Below, piece by piece: positions 8,910-18,054 of a stretch of DNA of 64,000 bases (the stretch's first letter is position 1; each line of letters opens with the position of its first letter). The notes beneath the pieces were generated by a model, which was not told the origin of the DNA, did no database searches, and saw only the letters and a program-made list of their open reading frames with translations. A program made the position numbers and the translations under genes. The stretch comes from an uncultured Acidobacteriota bacterium. GTDB taxonomy: Bacteria; Acidobacteriota; UBA6911. Where the stretch lies: contig CAWJKZ010000012.1 of the NCBI GenBank assembly GCA_963843575.1, positions 128,001 through 192,000 of the forward strand, read 5' to 3'.

Positions 8910-9398
8910 CTACCGGGCGGGCGCCGAACCGACTACAGACGCCGCTTCCAGCCGCGCCACCACCCTGTCGGACACCGCCGGGACGCCCTTGACCTCGATC
9001 CCGGCCACCCGCATGGTGCCAGCGGCTGCGAGGGTTCCTGGCACCGCGACGACCTCGGTGCGCAGCGCCTCACCATTTGCGGACTGGTACGTGAGCCGAA
9101 CCCGTATCCCCTGGTACGCCACCGTCGCCGTGCTGGTCAGGGTGAAGGCGTGAATGGCCGTGCGGGAACCCTGGACGTACTTCCATGATTCACTCCCGAT
9201 CCGTATGTAACGCTCCGGGTAGTCGCGGTAGTACTCCCGCACCTGGACCAGGGGATCCTTTTTCTTCAGAAACTGCGCCTGGTCGACGCGCCCGAGCGGG
9301 CGCACCCACATCGCGGCCTTGTAACCCACCACGACGAGGGCGCAGACGAGCAGCGCCGCTTCGGTGATCAGCAGCCACCGCGGGGATTTCACGATCAT
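8910..9398 (-). CDS. Membrane-anchored hypothetical protein with beta-rich (Ig-like) periplasmic domain
   Basis: GGGAGG RBS before ATG 9398; N-terminal TM helix LLITEAALLVCALVVVG. Confidence 0.7.
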   Translation of the reverse strand: MIVKSPRWLLITEAALLVCALVVVGYKAAMWVRPLGRVDQAQFLKKKDPLVQVREYYRDYPERYIRIGSESWKYVQGSRTAIHAFTLTSTATVAYQGIRVRLTYQSANGEALRTEVVAVPGTLAAAGTMRVAGIEVKGVPAVSDRVVARLEAASVVGSAPAR

Positions 9399-9529
9399 CG
9401 CACCTCCCGGACCGTCGCGGCCGGAAAAGCCCGCCGGCAGCCTGTTGGAACCCAGGAGCCGGCCGCGACGTCTAATGATAGAGTAAAGCGCGGTTGGAAC
9501 CCTGCGCATTTCTCCCCAAGGGGGTCGCC

Positions 9530-11233
9530 ATGCCCAAGAGAACGTTCGCGCCGTGGCAGCATCCGATCCTTCTCGCCCCGATGCTCCTGTTCTGCCTTCC
9601 GCTCGCCTGCACCCGGCCGCAGGCCCGTGTGCCGGCCCCCGACACACGGGCGGCACGGGAGGAACTCGCCCGGGGAGACACCTACTTCGCGGTCCATCAC
9701 CTCGCCGGCTGGCGGCAAGCCGAGGAGGCATACGCCAAGGCGTACGCGCTTACGCCGTCCGATGAGGCCCGAGACAAGCTGCTGCTCTCCCGGTTCCTCA
9801 TCATGACCCGGCAGATCGACGAAGACATCGTTTCGCCTGACGTCGACAAAACGGTGACCGCACTCTGCACGCTGCCCAGCACCTCCCGCGCCGCCTGCCT
9901 GTGCGACCTGGCCCGGCAGTACCGCGACGGGTACGGCGCGACCTCCTTCAAGGCCCGCCCCGAACCGAAGGTCCAGCCGGCGCCTGCCGTCTTCAACTTC
10001 GACGGCGGCGTCCTGGACGCCTACCTCCTCGAACTCCACCGCCGCACCTACGGGCTTGAACTGCCCCAGGACGAGGCGGCCCGGCTCTGGGAGATCCACA
10101 ACAACTCCCCTCTCTTCATCTACCTGAACATGGGACGCAAGACGACCGCCAGGGTCGCCGCGCTGGAGAGCGCCTTTCCGGACTTCGCGGAGCTGTTCGC
10201 GTTCGCCGCCGAGGACCTCTTCCAGAAGTCGCGCTTCAGCGGCGCGCGCCGCTACTTCGAACGCGCCCGCCAGCTCGTCCCGGACTACACGCGCGCCCAG
10301 AACGGCATGGGCAACATTTATTTCTACGCGCTCGAGGACTGGGAAAAAGCCCTCGGGCAGTACCAGGCCACCCTCGCCCGCGACCCGGGCAACACCGCGG
10401 CCCTGTTCGGCACCGGCGCCTGCCTGCACCACCTCGGCAGGCACGCCGAGTCCAATGAGGCGATGGCCCGGGCGCTGCACAGCGACGTGACCCGCCGCGG
10501 GCGCTCCGGCGCCGAGAGCATCGGCTATTACCAGGTGGAGTGCAACTACTACCTGGCGTCGAACCACTCCAGCCTCGGCGCCCCTGAAAAAGCGCGCGAA
10601 TTCATCGACAGGGCCAAGGCCCTGACACGCTACGCCGAACACGTCGCCTACCTCTCGGGCGTGCTCTATTTCGACGCCGGCCGGAAAGACGAGGCCCGGG
10701 GGGAATTCGAGCTCCTCGTGCGCAGGGGGACCACGTTCTGCAACACGCGCTACTATCTCGGGCGCCTCTACTACGAGGCCGGGGACCCGAGCGCCTTCGA
10801 TCACTTCCTCGGGGCCTCCTCCTGCATGCAGGGGACCATCGCCGGGATGGAGAAACAGATCAAGTCCCTGCCGGGGCTCGACGTGGAACCCGACGAGCGC
10901 GTCGTGTTCCAGGGGAGACTCGAAAAGAAGCTGCTCAATTACCGCATGGAATCCGCCAAGCTGATCGACACCATGGTCCGAGTTACGACCGGGTCGGACA
11001 ACCCGAAGAAGAGCTTCTACGCGGACCTGATGACGGAAGTCCTGGCCGCATCCGGCCGTCGCTCGAACCGCGGCCGTAGCACTGACGCCCACAATGCGCA
11101 AAACGTGGGTCGGGCTTCAGCCCGGAGTCTGCGATCTGATCGACGCGGCGACGGCCTGTCGCGCAGACTGCGTCCGGGCATTCAGCGGACCGACGCGATC
11201 CGTGGATCGCGGATCAACGCTGGCAGCCTCTGA
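9530..11233 (+). CDS. Tetratricopeptide-repeat lipoprotein; C-terminal tail runs through a REP element
   Basis: Lipobox-like LPLAC. TPR patterns ARRYFERARQLVPDYTRAQNGMG and ALGQYQATLARDPGNTAALFGTG. Confidence 0.8.
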   Translation: MPKRTFAPWQHPILLAPMLLFCLPLACTRPQARVPAPDTRAAREELARGDTYFAVHHLAGWRQAEEAYAKAYALTPSDEARDKLLLSRFLIMTRQIDEDIVSPDVDKTVTALCTLPSTSRAACLCDLARQYRDGYGATSFKARPEPKVQPAPAVFNFDGGVLDAYLLELHRRTYGLELPQDEAARLWEIHNNSPLFIYLNMGRKTTARVAALESAFPDFAELFAFAAEDLFQKSRFSGARRYFERARQLVPDYTRAQNGMGNIYFYALEDWEKALGQYQATLARDPGNTAALFGTGACLHHLGRHAESNEAMARALHSDVTRRGRSGAESIGYYQVECNYYLASNHSSLGAPEKAREFIDRAKALTRYAEHVAYLSGVLYFDAGRKDEARGEFELLVRRGTTFCNTRYYLGRLYYEAGDPSAFDHFLGASSCMQGTIAGMEKQIKSLPGLDVEPDERVVFQGRLEKKLLNYRMESAKLIDTMVRVTTGSDNPKKSFYADLMTEVLAASGRRSNRGRSTDAHNAQNVGRASARSLRSDRRGDGLSRRLRPGIQRTDAIRGSRINAGSL

Positions 11234-11241
11234 AGCCCGAC
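11105..11241. repeat. Degenerate REP pair (family A, GTGGGTCCGGGCTTCAGCCCGGA)
   Basis: GTGGGTCGGGCTTCAGCCCGGAG at 11105 and an inverted partial CTGAAGCCCGAC at 11230. Confidence 0.7.
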
Positions 11242-11313
11242 GCGGCTTTCAGTGACGCACGTGCAGGGATCGTCTAGGATCGAGCCCGTCTCCCTGGAGG
11301 ATGGCGACGCCGA

Positions 11314-13575
11314 GTGGCGGACCGACCCGAGCAACCCGACCGACGTGAGTTCATCGTAACGACGGCGCTGGTGCCGGACATGGTGCGGCGCCTGGCCGGC
11401 ACACACGCCGCGCCGCAAGTCCTGCCCTGGTACCGGCGCACGTACCGCTGGGGCCAGACCAACATCACCGAACAGGACCCCGCGGCGTACGACATCGAGT
11501 GGTGGCGCGGCTACTGGCGGCGCACGCGGGTGCAGGGGGTCATCGTCAACGCCGGCGGCATCGTGGCCTATTACCCGAGCAAGTACCCGGCCCATCACCG
11601 CGCGGAACAACTGGGGGACCGTGATCTCTTCGGTGCGCTCGCCGAAGCCGCCCGCAAGGAGGGGCTGGTGCTCGTGGCCAGGATGGATTCCAACCGCGCC
11701 CACGATGTCCTGTACCGCCAACACCCGGACTGGTTCGCCGTCGACGCGCAGGGCAAGCCCTACCGCGCGGCCGACCTGTACGTCACCTGCGTCAACGGCC
11801 CCTACTACGGCGAGTACCTCCCGCAGATCCTGCTCGAGATCATCGAGCGGTACCACCCGGACGGTTTCACCGACAACAGCTGGAGCGGCCTGGACCGAGA
11901 CAGCATCTGCCACTGCGTCCACTGCGCGCGCCGCTTCAGGGATTGGGCCGGCGCGGGGCTGCCCGCCCGCAAGGACTGGCGGGACCCGGTCTATCGCCGG
12001 TGGATAGAGTGGAACACCCAGCGCCGTGTCGAACTGTGGGAGCTCAACAACCGCGTAACCCGCGGGGCGGGCGGCCCGGACTGTGTCTGGAGCGGCATGC
12101 TCAGCGGCGACCTCGCGTCCGAAGGGCGAAGGTTCCGCGATTTAAAGGCGCTCTGCGAGCGCGCGGAGATCGTCTTCTTCGACGACCAGGGGCGGAGCAA
12201 CGCGTCCGGGTTCCAGGGCAACGGCGACCTCGGCAAGAGGATGCATGGCCTGCTGGGCTGGGACAAACTCGTCCCCGAGAGCATGGCCATGTACCAGAGG
12301 GCCCCGACTTTTCGCAAGGCTGCGGGCCCGGAGCACGAGGCGCGCCTCTGGATGCTGGAAGGGATCGCGGGCGGGATCCAGCCCTGGTGGCACCACGTGG
12401 GCGCGTTGCAGGAAGACCTGCGCCAGTTCCGGACGGCCGAACCGGTTTTCCGCTGGCACGAGAAAAACGAGCGCTACCTCGTCAACCGACGGCCTGTCGC
12501 GACCGTCGGGGTGGCGTGGTCCCAGCGCAACGTCGACTTCTTCGGGGGCGACGAGCCGGAAGGCCGCGTCCTCCTGCCGTATCGCGGCATGTCTCAGGCC
12601 TTGGTGAGGGCCCGGATCCCGTACCTGCCCGTGCACATGGATCACTTCGAAAGGGACGTGGAGGGCCTGGCGTTGGTCGTGCTCCCCAACCTCGCGGTCA
12701 TGACCGAGCGCCACGCCGAGGCGCTGCGCCGGTTCGTCGCCCGCGGCGGCGGCCTGCTCGCCACCGGCGACTCCAGCCTCTGGCTGGAGTCCGGGGAGCG
12801 CCGCGAGGACTTCGCGCTGGCCGACGTTTTTGGCGCCCACGCGACGGCGGAGCGGCTGGGGCCGGCGACCGGCACGGCCCCGGACCACAGCTACCTGCGT
12901 CTCCTGCCGGACATGGACGCGACCGGCCGCGGGCCGCGCCGCCCCGAAGGGGCGTCCCCGCAAGGCGCGCGCCATCCCGTGTTGCGCGGCTTCGAGGAGA
13001 CCAACCTCATCCCCTTCGGGGGAGTCTTGCGGAAAGTGGCGGCGGCAGGCGACACGACGGCCCCGCTCACCTACGTCCCCGACTTCCCGGCCTACCCGCC
13101 GGAAACGTCCTGGATGCGTGAGCCGCGCACTTCCATCCCCGGGCTCCTCGTGCGCAGCGTGCCCGGGGGAGGGCGCGTCGCTTACCTCGCCGCCGACATC
13201 GACGCCCGCTTCGCCCGCGAAAACCTGCCCGACCACTTCCGCCTGCTGTCGAACGTCGTGCGCTGGGCGGCCTCGGACAACCTGCCGCTGCGGGTGACCG
13301 GGCCCGGATTCGTCGACTGCCACCTGTACGCCCGGCCCGGAGGGTTCGTGCTGCACCTGATCAACCTCACGAATGCGGCGGCTTGGCGGGCGCCCGTCGA
13401 CGAGCTCCTGCCCGTCGGGCCGCTCCAGGTGTCGGTCCGGCTCGGCCAGGGTCCCGCGCCGCGCAGGGCCGTGTCGCTGGTGTCCGAGTCCTCCCGCGCA
13501 CCGCGCCTCGAGCAGGGTTGGACTACGTTCGAGGTGGCGGAGGTGCGCGACCACGAAGTGATCGTCCTGGAGTGA
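11314..13575 (+). CDS. Putative glycoside hydrolase (GHL6-like TIM barrel plus GH42 trimerisation-like domain), probable Tat substrate
   Basis: RREF twin-arginine-like motif; NAGGIVAYYPS; C.NGPYY; C.C..C...F; VVLPNLAVM...LRRFVARGGGLLATG. Confidence 0.75.
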   Translation: MADRPEQPDRREFIVTTALVPDMVRRLAGTHAAPQVLPWYRRTYRWGQTNITEQDPAAYDIEWWRGYWRRTRVQGVIVNAGGIVAYYPSKYPAHHRAEQLGDRDLFGALAEAARKEGLVLVARMDSNRAHDVLYRQHPDWFAVDAQGKPYRAADLYVTCVNGPYYGEYLPQILLEIIERYHPDGFTDNSWSGLDRDSICHCVHCARRFRDWAGAGLPARKDWRDPVYRRWIEWNTQRRVELWELNNRVTRGAGGPDCVWSGMLSGDLASEGRRFRDLKALCERAEIVFFDDQGRSNASGFQGNGDLGKRMHGLLGWDKLVPESMAMYQRAPTFRKAAGPEHEARLWMLEGIAGGIQPWWHHVGALQEDLRQFRTAEPVFRWHEKNERYLVNRRPVATVGVAWSQRNVDFFGGDEPEGRVLLPYRGMSQALVRARIPYLPVHMDHFERDVEGLALVVLPNLAVMTERHAEALRRFVARGGGLLATGDSSLWLESGERREDFALADVFGAHATAERLGPATGTAPDHSYLRLLPDMDATGRGPRRPEGASPQGARHPVLRGFEETNLIPFGGVLRKVAAAGDTTAPLTYVPDFPAYPPETSWMREPRTSIPGLLVRSVPGGGRVAYLAADIDARFARENLPDHFRLLSNVVRWAASDNLPLRVTGPGFVDCHLYARPGGFVLHLINLTNAAAWRAPVDELLPVGPLQVSVRLGQGPAPRRAVSLVSESSRAPRLEQGWTTFEVAEVRDHEVIVLE

Positions 13576-13578
13576 GCC

Positions 13579-14361
13579 ATGCAGGCAACGGCCCGCGAGC
13601 GCTCGAGGATCGTCGAGGAATGGCTGGACCGGCTCTACGTCGCCGCCGAGGGGGCGACGCTGCGGCGCGAGGAGCGCCAGAAGGCTGCTGAGGTGGCCGC
13701 GCTGCTCCTGGAAATCGAGCGCGCCGTCGCCGCCCTCGCCCGCCGCGCCCCCGTTCTGCTCGTGGACGCGGCGGCCGGCAAGAGCTATGTCGGGCTGCTC
13801 GCCGCCCGGCTGGTGCTCGAGCCGATGGGCCGGCGCGCCGCGATCGTCACCCTGGAGCGGGACCCGCGCCGCTGCGAACTCGGGCGCCGCGCCGCCGCCC
13901 GGCTCGCGAGCGCCATCCCGATCGAGTTCCGGGAAGCCGATGTGGCCGACGCCCGGGCCTGGCCCGAGGGACCGTCGCTGGTCACGGCGCTGCACGCCTG
14001 CGGACCCGCCGCGGACGCTGTCATCGAGCGGGCCGTCGCCAGCCGCGCCGGCACCCTGCTCCTCGTCCCCTGCTGCACCGGCCGGGCCGTCGAGGCGGCC
14101 GCGCGCGCCGAGCGCCGCGCGGACGCCGAGGGTATCCCCCGCCACGCCCCCGTGCGCCGCCGCTTCGTCCAGGCGTGGGTGGACGCCGAGAGGACCTGGC
14201 GCCTCGAGGCGGCCGGCTACCAGACCGAGGTCGTGGAGTTCGTCCCCCCCACCGTCACCCCGCACAACCTCCTGTGGCGCGCGCGCCGCGTCGGCGAACC
14301 CGTGCGCATGCGCGCCGCGCGCTCCACCCTCGAGAGGTGGCTGACACCGCCGACAAACTGA
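13579..14361 (+). CDS. SAM-dependent methyltransferase (Methyltransf_32-like)
   Basis: VDAAAGKSYVG, ALHACG.A.D, LVPCC and EFV...TPHNL motifs. Confidence 0.8.
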   Translation: MQATARERSRIVEEWLDRLYVAAEGATLRREERQKAAEVAALLLEIERAVAALARRAPVLLVDAAAGKSYVGLLAARLVLEPMGRRAAIVTLERDPRRCELGRRAAARLASAIPIEFREADVADARAWPEGPSLVTALHACGPAADAVIERAVASRAGTLLLVPCCTGRAVEAAARAERRADAEGIPRHAPVRRRFVQAWVDAERTWRLEAAGYQTEVVEFVPPTVTPHNLLWRARRVGEPVRMRAARSTLERWLTPPTN

Positions 14362-14390
14362 TTGACAATTCGGCGGCCTTGCCTTATTTT
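14362..14390 (+). promoter_or_regulatory. Sigma70-type promoter for lrp-amtB
   Basis: TTGACA-N17-TATTTT followed by an AT-rich tract. Confidence 0.6.
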
Positions 14391-14438
14391 CATAAAGTAC
14401 AAACTAAATTAACCTTACTTTTTTAGTCGAGTGACGCC

Positions 14439-14894
14439 ATGGACGATATCGATTTCAAGATACTGGACATCCTGCAGGAGCGGGGCCGCATCCGCCGGAA
14501 CGAGCTGGCCGACGCCGTCGGCCTGTCGCTGCCGTCGGCGAGCGAGCGCCTGCGCAAGCTCGAGGAACAGGGGATCATCACGGGGTACCACGCCGACGTC
14601 GACTACCGAAGGCTCGGCAGGGACATCACCGCATTCGTCTTCGTGACCGTCGACTCGTCCAAGCATTACGCCCAGTTCATCGAGCACGCCACGGCGCTCG
14701 ACGACGTCCTCGAGTGTCACGCGGTCACCGGCGAGGGAACGCACCTGCTCAAGGCCAGGACGGCCAACACGGCCTCGCTCGAAAAACTCCTCTCCAAGAT
14801 CCAGGCCTGGAGCGGCGTCGTCAGCACCAGGACGCACCTGGTGCTCTCCACGCGCAAGGAAACCACCAGGATCCGGATGGAGCACAAGAAATGA
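14439..14894 (+). CDS. Lrp/AsnC family transcriptional regulator
   Basis: MDDIDFKILDILQERGR...LADAVGLS...ERLRKLEEQGIITGY; ECHAVTG. Confidence 0.95.
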   Translation: MDDIDFKILDILQERGRIRRNELADAVGLSLPSASERLRKLEEQGIITGYHADVDYRRLGRDITAFVFVTVDSSKHYAQFIEHATALDDVLECHAVTGEGTHLLKARTANTASLEKLLSKIQAWSGVVSTRTHLVLSTRKETTRIRMEHKK

Positions 14895-16135
14895 GTGGAA
14901 TCGACCGGGGCGACACCGCCTTCCTGCTGATCTCGTCGGCCTTGGTGCTGTTCATGACGCCGGGACTCGCATTCTTCTACGGCGGCATGGTCCGCAGCAA
15001 GAACGTCGTCAACACCATGATGATGAGCTTCACGGCCATGGCGGTCGTCACGGTCCAGTGGGTGCTGGTGGGCTACAGCCTGGCGTTCGGCCCCGCCGGC
15101 GGCTTCGCGGGCAAATTCGTCGGCGGCCTGCACTGGTTCGGGCTCGCCGGGGTCGGGCTGGAGGCCAACGCCGCCTACGCGCCGACGATCCCGCACCAGC
15201 TGTTCATGGTCTACCAGCTGATGTTCGCCATCATCACCCCGGCGTTGATCTCCGGCGCCATCGTCGAGCGGTTCCGCTTCCGCGCCTACGCCCTGTTCAT
15301 CCTGCTGTGGTCCACGATTTCCTATGACCCGGTGGCGCACTGGGTCTGGGGGACCAACGGTTGGCTGCACGCGCTCGGGGCGCTCGACTTCGCAGGAGGG
15401 ACCGTCGTGCACGTCAACGCCGGGGTGGCCGCGCTGGTGGCGACCCTGATGCTCGGGCCGCGCCTTAATTTCCCCCACCGCGTGACCCCGCCCCACAACG
15501 TGACCCTGGTGATGCTCGGCGCCGGCATGCTCTGGTTCGGCTGGTTCGGGTTCAACGCCGGCAGCGCACTCGCTTCGGGCGCGGCCGCCACCGTCGCCTT
15601 CGTCAACACCAACATCGCGGCGGGCGCCGCCATGCTCGGCTGGATGCTCGTCGAATCCTCGCTGAAGGCGAAACCGACAGCTGTCGGCGCCATCACGGGG
15701 GCGGTCGCCGGCCTCGTCGCCATCACGCCCGCCTGCGGGTTCGTGACCCCGCTGGGAGCCCTCGCCATCGGGCTCGGTGCCTCGGTGGTCTGCTACTGGG
15801 CCCTGAATCGGCGGATCAAGTGGAACCTCGATGACACGCTCGACGCGTTCTCCGTCCACGGGGTCGGAGGGGTCTTCGGGGCGCTCGCCACCGGCGTGTT
15901 CGCATCCAAGGCGGTCAACGGCGCCGGTGCCGACGGCCTGCTGTACGGCAATGCCAGGCTGGTCGGCATCCAGGCAGTCGCGGTCCTCACCACCGCGGCG
16001 TTCTCGGCCGCCGTCACCTGGGTCCTGATCAAGGTTCTCTCCGCGACCTCGGGCGTGCGCAGCACCGAAGAACACGAATACGAAGGGCTCGACGTCGTCG
16101 AACACGGCGAACGCGCCTACCACGAGATCGCCTGA
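14891..16135 (+). CDS. amtB: Ammonium transporter
   Basis: MTPGLAFFYGG, DFAGGTVVH, LWFGWFGFNAGS and DDTLDAFSVHG (twin His present). ATGA overlap with the Lrp gene. Confidence 0.97.
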   Translation: MSGIDRGDTAFLLISSALVLFMTPGLAFFYGGMVRSKNVVNTMMMSFTAMAVVTVQWVLVGYSLAFGPAGGFAGKFVGGLHWFGLAGVGLEANAAYAPTIPHQLFMVYQLMFAIITPALISGAIVERFRFRAYALFILLWSTISYDPVAHWVWGTNGWLHALGALDFAGGTVVHVNAGVAALVATLMLGPRLNFPHRVTPPHNVTLVMLGAGMLWFGWFGFNAGSALASGAAATVAFVNTNIAAGAAMLGWMLVESSLKAKPTAVGAITGAVAGLVAITPACGFVTPLGALAIGLGASVVCYWALNRRIKWNLDDTLDAFSVHGVGGVFGALATGVFASKAVNGAGADGLLYGNARLVGIQAVAVLTTAAFSAAVTWVLIKVLSATSGVRSTEEHEYEGLDVVEHGERAYHEIA

Positions 16136-16166
16136 CCCGAAGGCGCGCCGGCCCCTTCGTCCCACC

Positions 16167-16787
16167 TCACACCAGCGCGGGATGAGGCTGTCCCAACCCG
16201 TTCGGGCGCGGCAGGTGCCGGTCGCGATCGCAGGGCGGGGCCGCGCGCTCTGGCAGCGGGTCGTCCGGCCACGCTTCGGACCACCGTCTCCGGTCTTCGT
16301 CGTCGGCGTAGTACTTCAACCAGAGTTGGACGTCCTCGTCCCGGCCGCCAGCCGCCAGGTCGCAGAAACAATCGTAGTCGGGTTCGTCGGGCAGGATCAC
16401 CACCGGATCGCGCAGCACCTCGTACCAGAGCCGGCCGTACAGCTCGCGGTCGCTCAGGTGGTTGGTGTTTCTCAGATAGGCCCCGAGCAACGCCAGACGC
16501 TGCAGCACCTCCCAGAGCTTCACGTGCAGCTGTGCGTCGTCCAGCCGGTCGGGTTCGGGCAGGTCCATCCCCTGCCTGGACAACTCGTCGATGAGGACGA
16601 CCGGAGCCGTCTGTTCGTACCTCACGACGTGCTCGAGGAATCGCTCCTGCACGGCCAGCGGACAGTGTTCGGAAAAACCCATCGGCACCGGGCCGCCGGC
16701 AATCTCCTCCAGCTGCTTCTTCAGTTCGCGGATGCGGCGCCGGTGGGCTTCTGTCGCGTCACGAACGCCGCGTGCCGTCTTGCTCAT
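16167..16787 (-). CDS. Hypothetical acidic protein
   Basis: AGGAGG RBS, 206-aa ORF with natural composition (TNHLSDRELY, WLKYYAD). Confidence 0.75.
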   Translation of the reverse strand: MSKTARGVRDATEAHRRRIRELKKQLEEIAGGPVPMGFSEHCPLAVQERFLEHVVRYEQTAPVVLIDELSRQGMDLPEPDRLDDAQLHVKLWEVLQRLALLGAYLRNTNHLSDRELYGRLWYEVLRDPVVILPDEPDYDCFCDLAAGGRDEDVQLWLKYYADDEDRRRWSEAWPDDPLPERAAPPCDRDRHLPRPNGLGQPHPALV

Positions 16788-16935
16788 ACGGTATCCTCCT
16801 GACCCGCTCTAACCCCTTTCCCCGGGATTGGTCCAACAAATCGCTCCGCGGGGCGCCAGTATTCGCTTCCTTCCCCCGCCCGGACGAAGCAGAATCGGGG
16901 AGGAGCGGAAACGCTCGCCAGCCAGGAGGCAGGGG

Positions 16936-17865
16936 ATGAACCGCCGGTCTTTCGTGCAGCAGTGTGCGTTTCTGGGCATCGCGGCGGGCGCAGCCGGATC
17001 GGCCCGCGAGGAAACGACGGCCGGGGTGCGCCGGCTTTCGAGCAACAGGAACTTCGTCTCCTATAATGCCGGGATGATTCCAGCCTACACCGTCAAACCG
17101 GGGGAGGTGGTGCTCGTCGAATGCCTGCACGGACTGCCCGGGCTCGTGACCCGCGACGGCAATTTCCTCAAGGCCGGGGCGGGCGACAGGATAAACCCGG
17201 GGACGGGACCCATCTCCGTCGAAGGGATCGAAGCCGGTGACGCGCTGGCCATTGAGCTGCTGGACATCCGGGTCGCCGACTGGGGATACAGCGCCAACAG
17301 GATCTTCGATCTCGCCGGCGGCTACGCGACGTTCGACCGGCGGCTGAAGATACCGCTGCAGCCCATGATCGGCCAGATCGGCATAGCCCCGGCCCGGGGG
17401 GTTATGGACTCGCGTGCGCCGGCCGACACGGGCGGCAACATGGACTGCAAGGAGGTGCGAGCCGGCAGCACGCTCGTCTTCACCGCGCAGGTCCGGGGAG
17501 GACTCGTCGGCATCGGCGATCCGCATGCGCTCCAGGGCGACGGCGAAATCAGCGGGCAGGGGATCGAGTGCGCCGCCGAGGTGCTCGTGCGCTTTGCCAG
17601 GCTCCCCGCCCGCCTCTCGGAGCGCCCGGTGATCCTGCGGCCCGAATGGGTGGCGACCGTGGGAGCCCACAAGGATCTGGCCGAGGCAGCCTGGCAGGCC
17701 ACCGACGACATGGTAAAACTCCTCGCCGCCAAAACCGGGAGGGAGGAGAAGGACGCGCGCATGCTGGTCAACCTGGTCGGCAACCTGCGGGTCAACCAGA
17801 TCGTCGACCCCACCAAGGGAGCGCGCATGGAAGTCCCCGGCTGGGCCTTCGGCCTCTCCGGATGA
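16936..17865 (+). CDS. Acetamidase/formamidase family protein with Tat signal
   Basis: AGGAGG RBS; MNRRSFV; NPGTGPI.VEG...GD.L; GGNMD; GD.HALQGDGE. Confidence 0.9.
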   Translation: MNRRSFVQQCAFLGIAAGAAGSAREETTAGVRRLSSNRNFVSYNAGMIPAYTVKPGEVVLVECLHGLPGLVTRDGNFLKAGAGDRINPGTGPISVEGIEAGDALAIELLDIRVADWGYSANRIFDLAGGYATFDRRLKIPLQPMIGQIGIAPARGVMDSRAPADTGGNMDCKEVRAGSTLVFTAQVRGGLVGIGDPHALQGDGEISGQGIECAAEVLVRFARLPARLSERPVILRPEWVATVGAHKDLAEAAWQATDDMVKLLAAKTGREEKDARMLVNLVGNLRVNQIVDPTKGARMEVPGWAFGLSG

Positions 17866-17957
17866 CTTCTTGTCTGCAGCCGAGGGGATCCGGCCCGCAG
17901 TCGGCCCCGTGGCCCGACGCGGCCCCAGGGACGGCGTGGAGTGGCGCGATTCGATGA

Positions 17958-18054
17958 GGCGCCGAGGCGCCGCACTCCATGCCGGGCGCCGAGGCACCGG
18001 GGGTTTCGGCCGTAGTACGTGAGTGGAAAGCGGCGCCGAGGCGCCGCACTCCAG
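17958..18054. repeat. REP family B pair (CTGGAGTGCGGCGCCTCGGCGCCGCTTT consensus)
   Basis: GGCGCCGAGGCGCCGCACTCCA at 17958 and AAAGCGGCGCCGAGGCGCCGCACTCCAG at 18027, between convergent genes. Confidence 0.8.
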
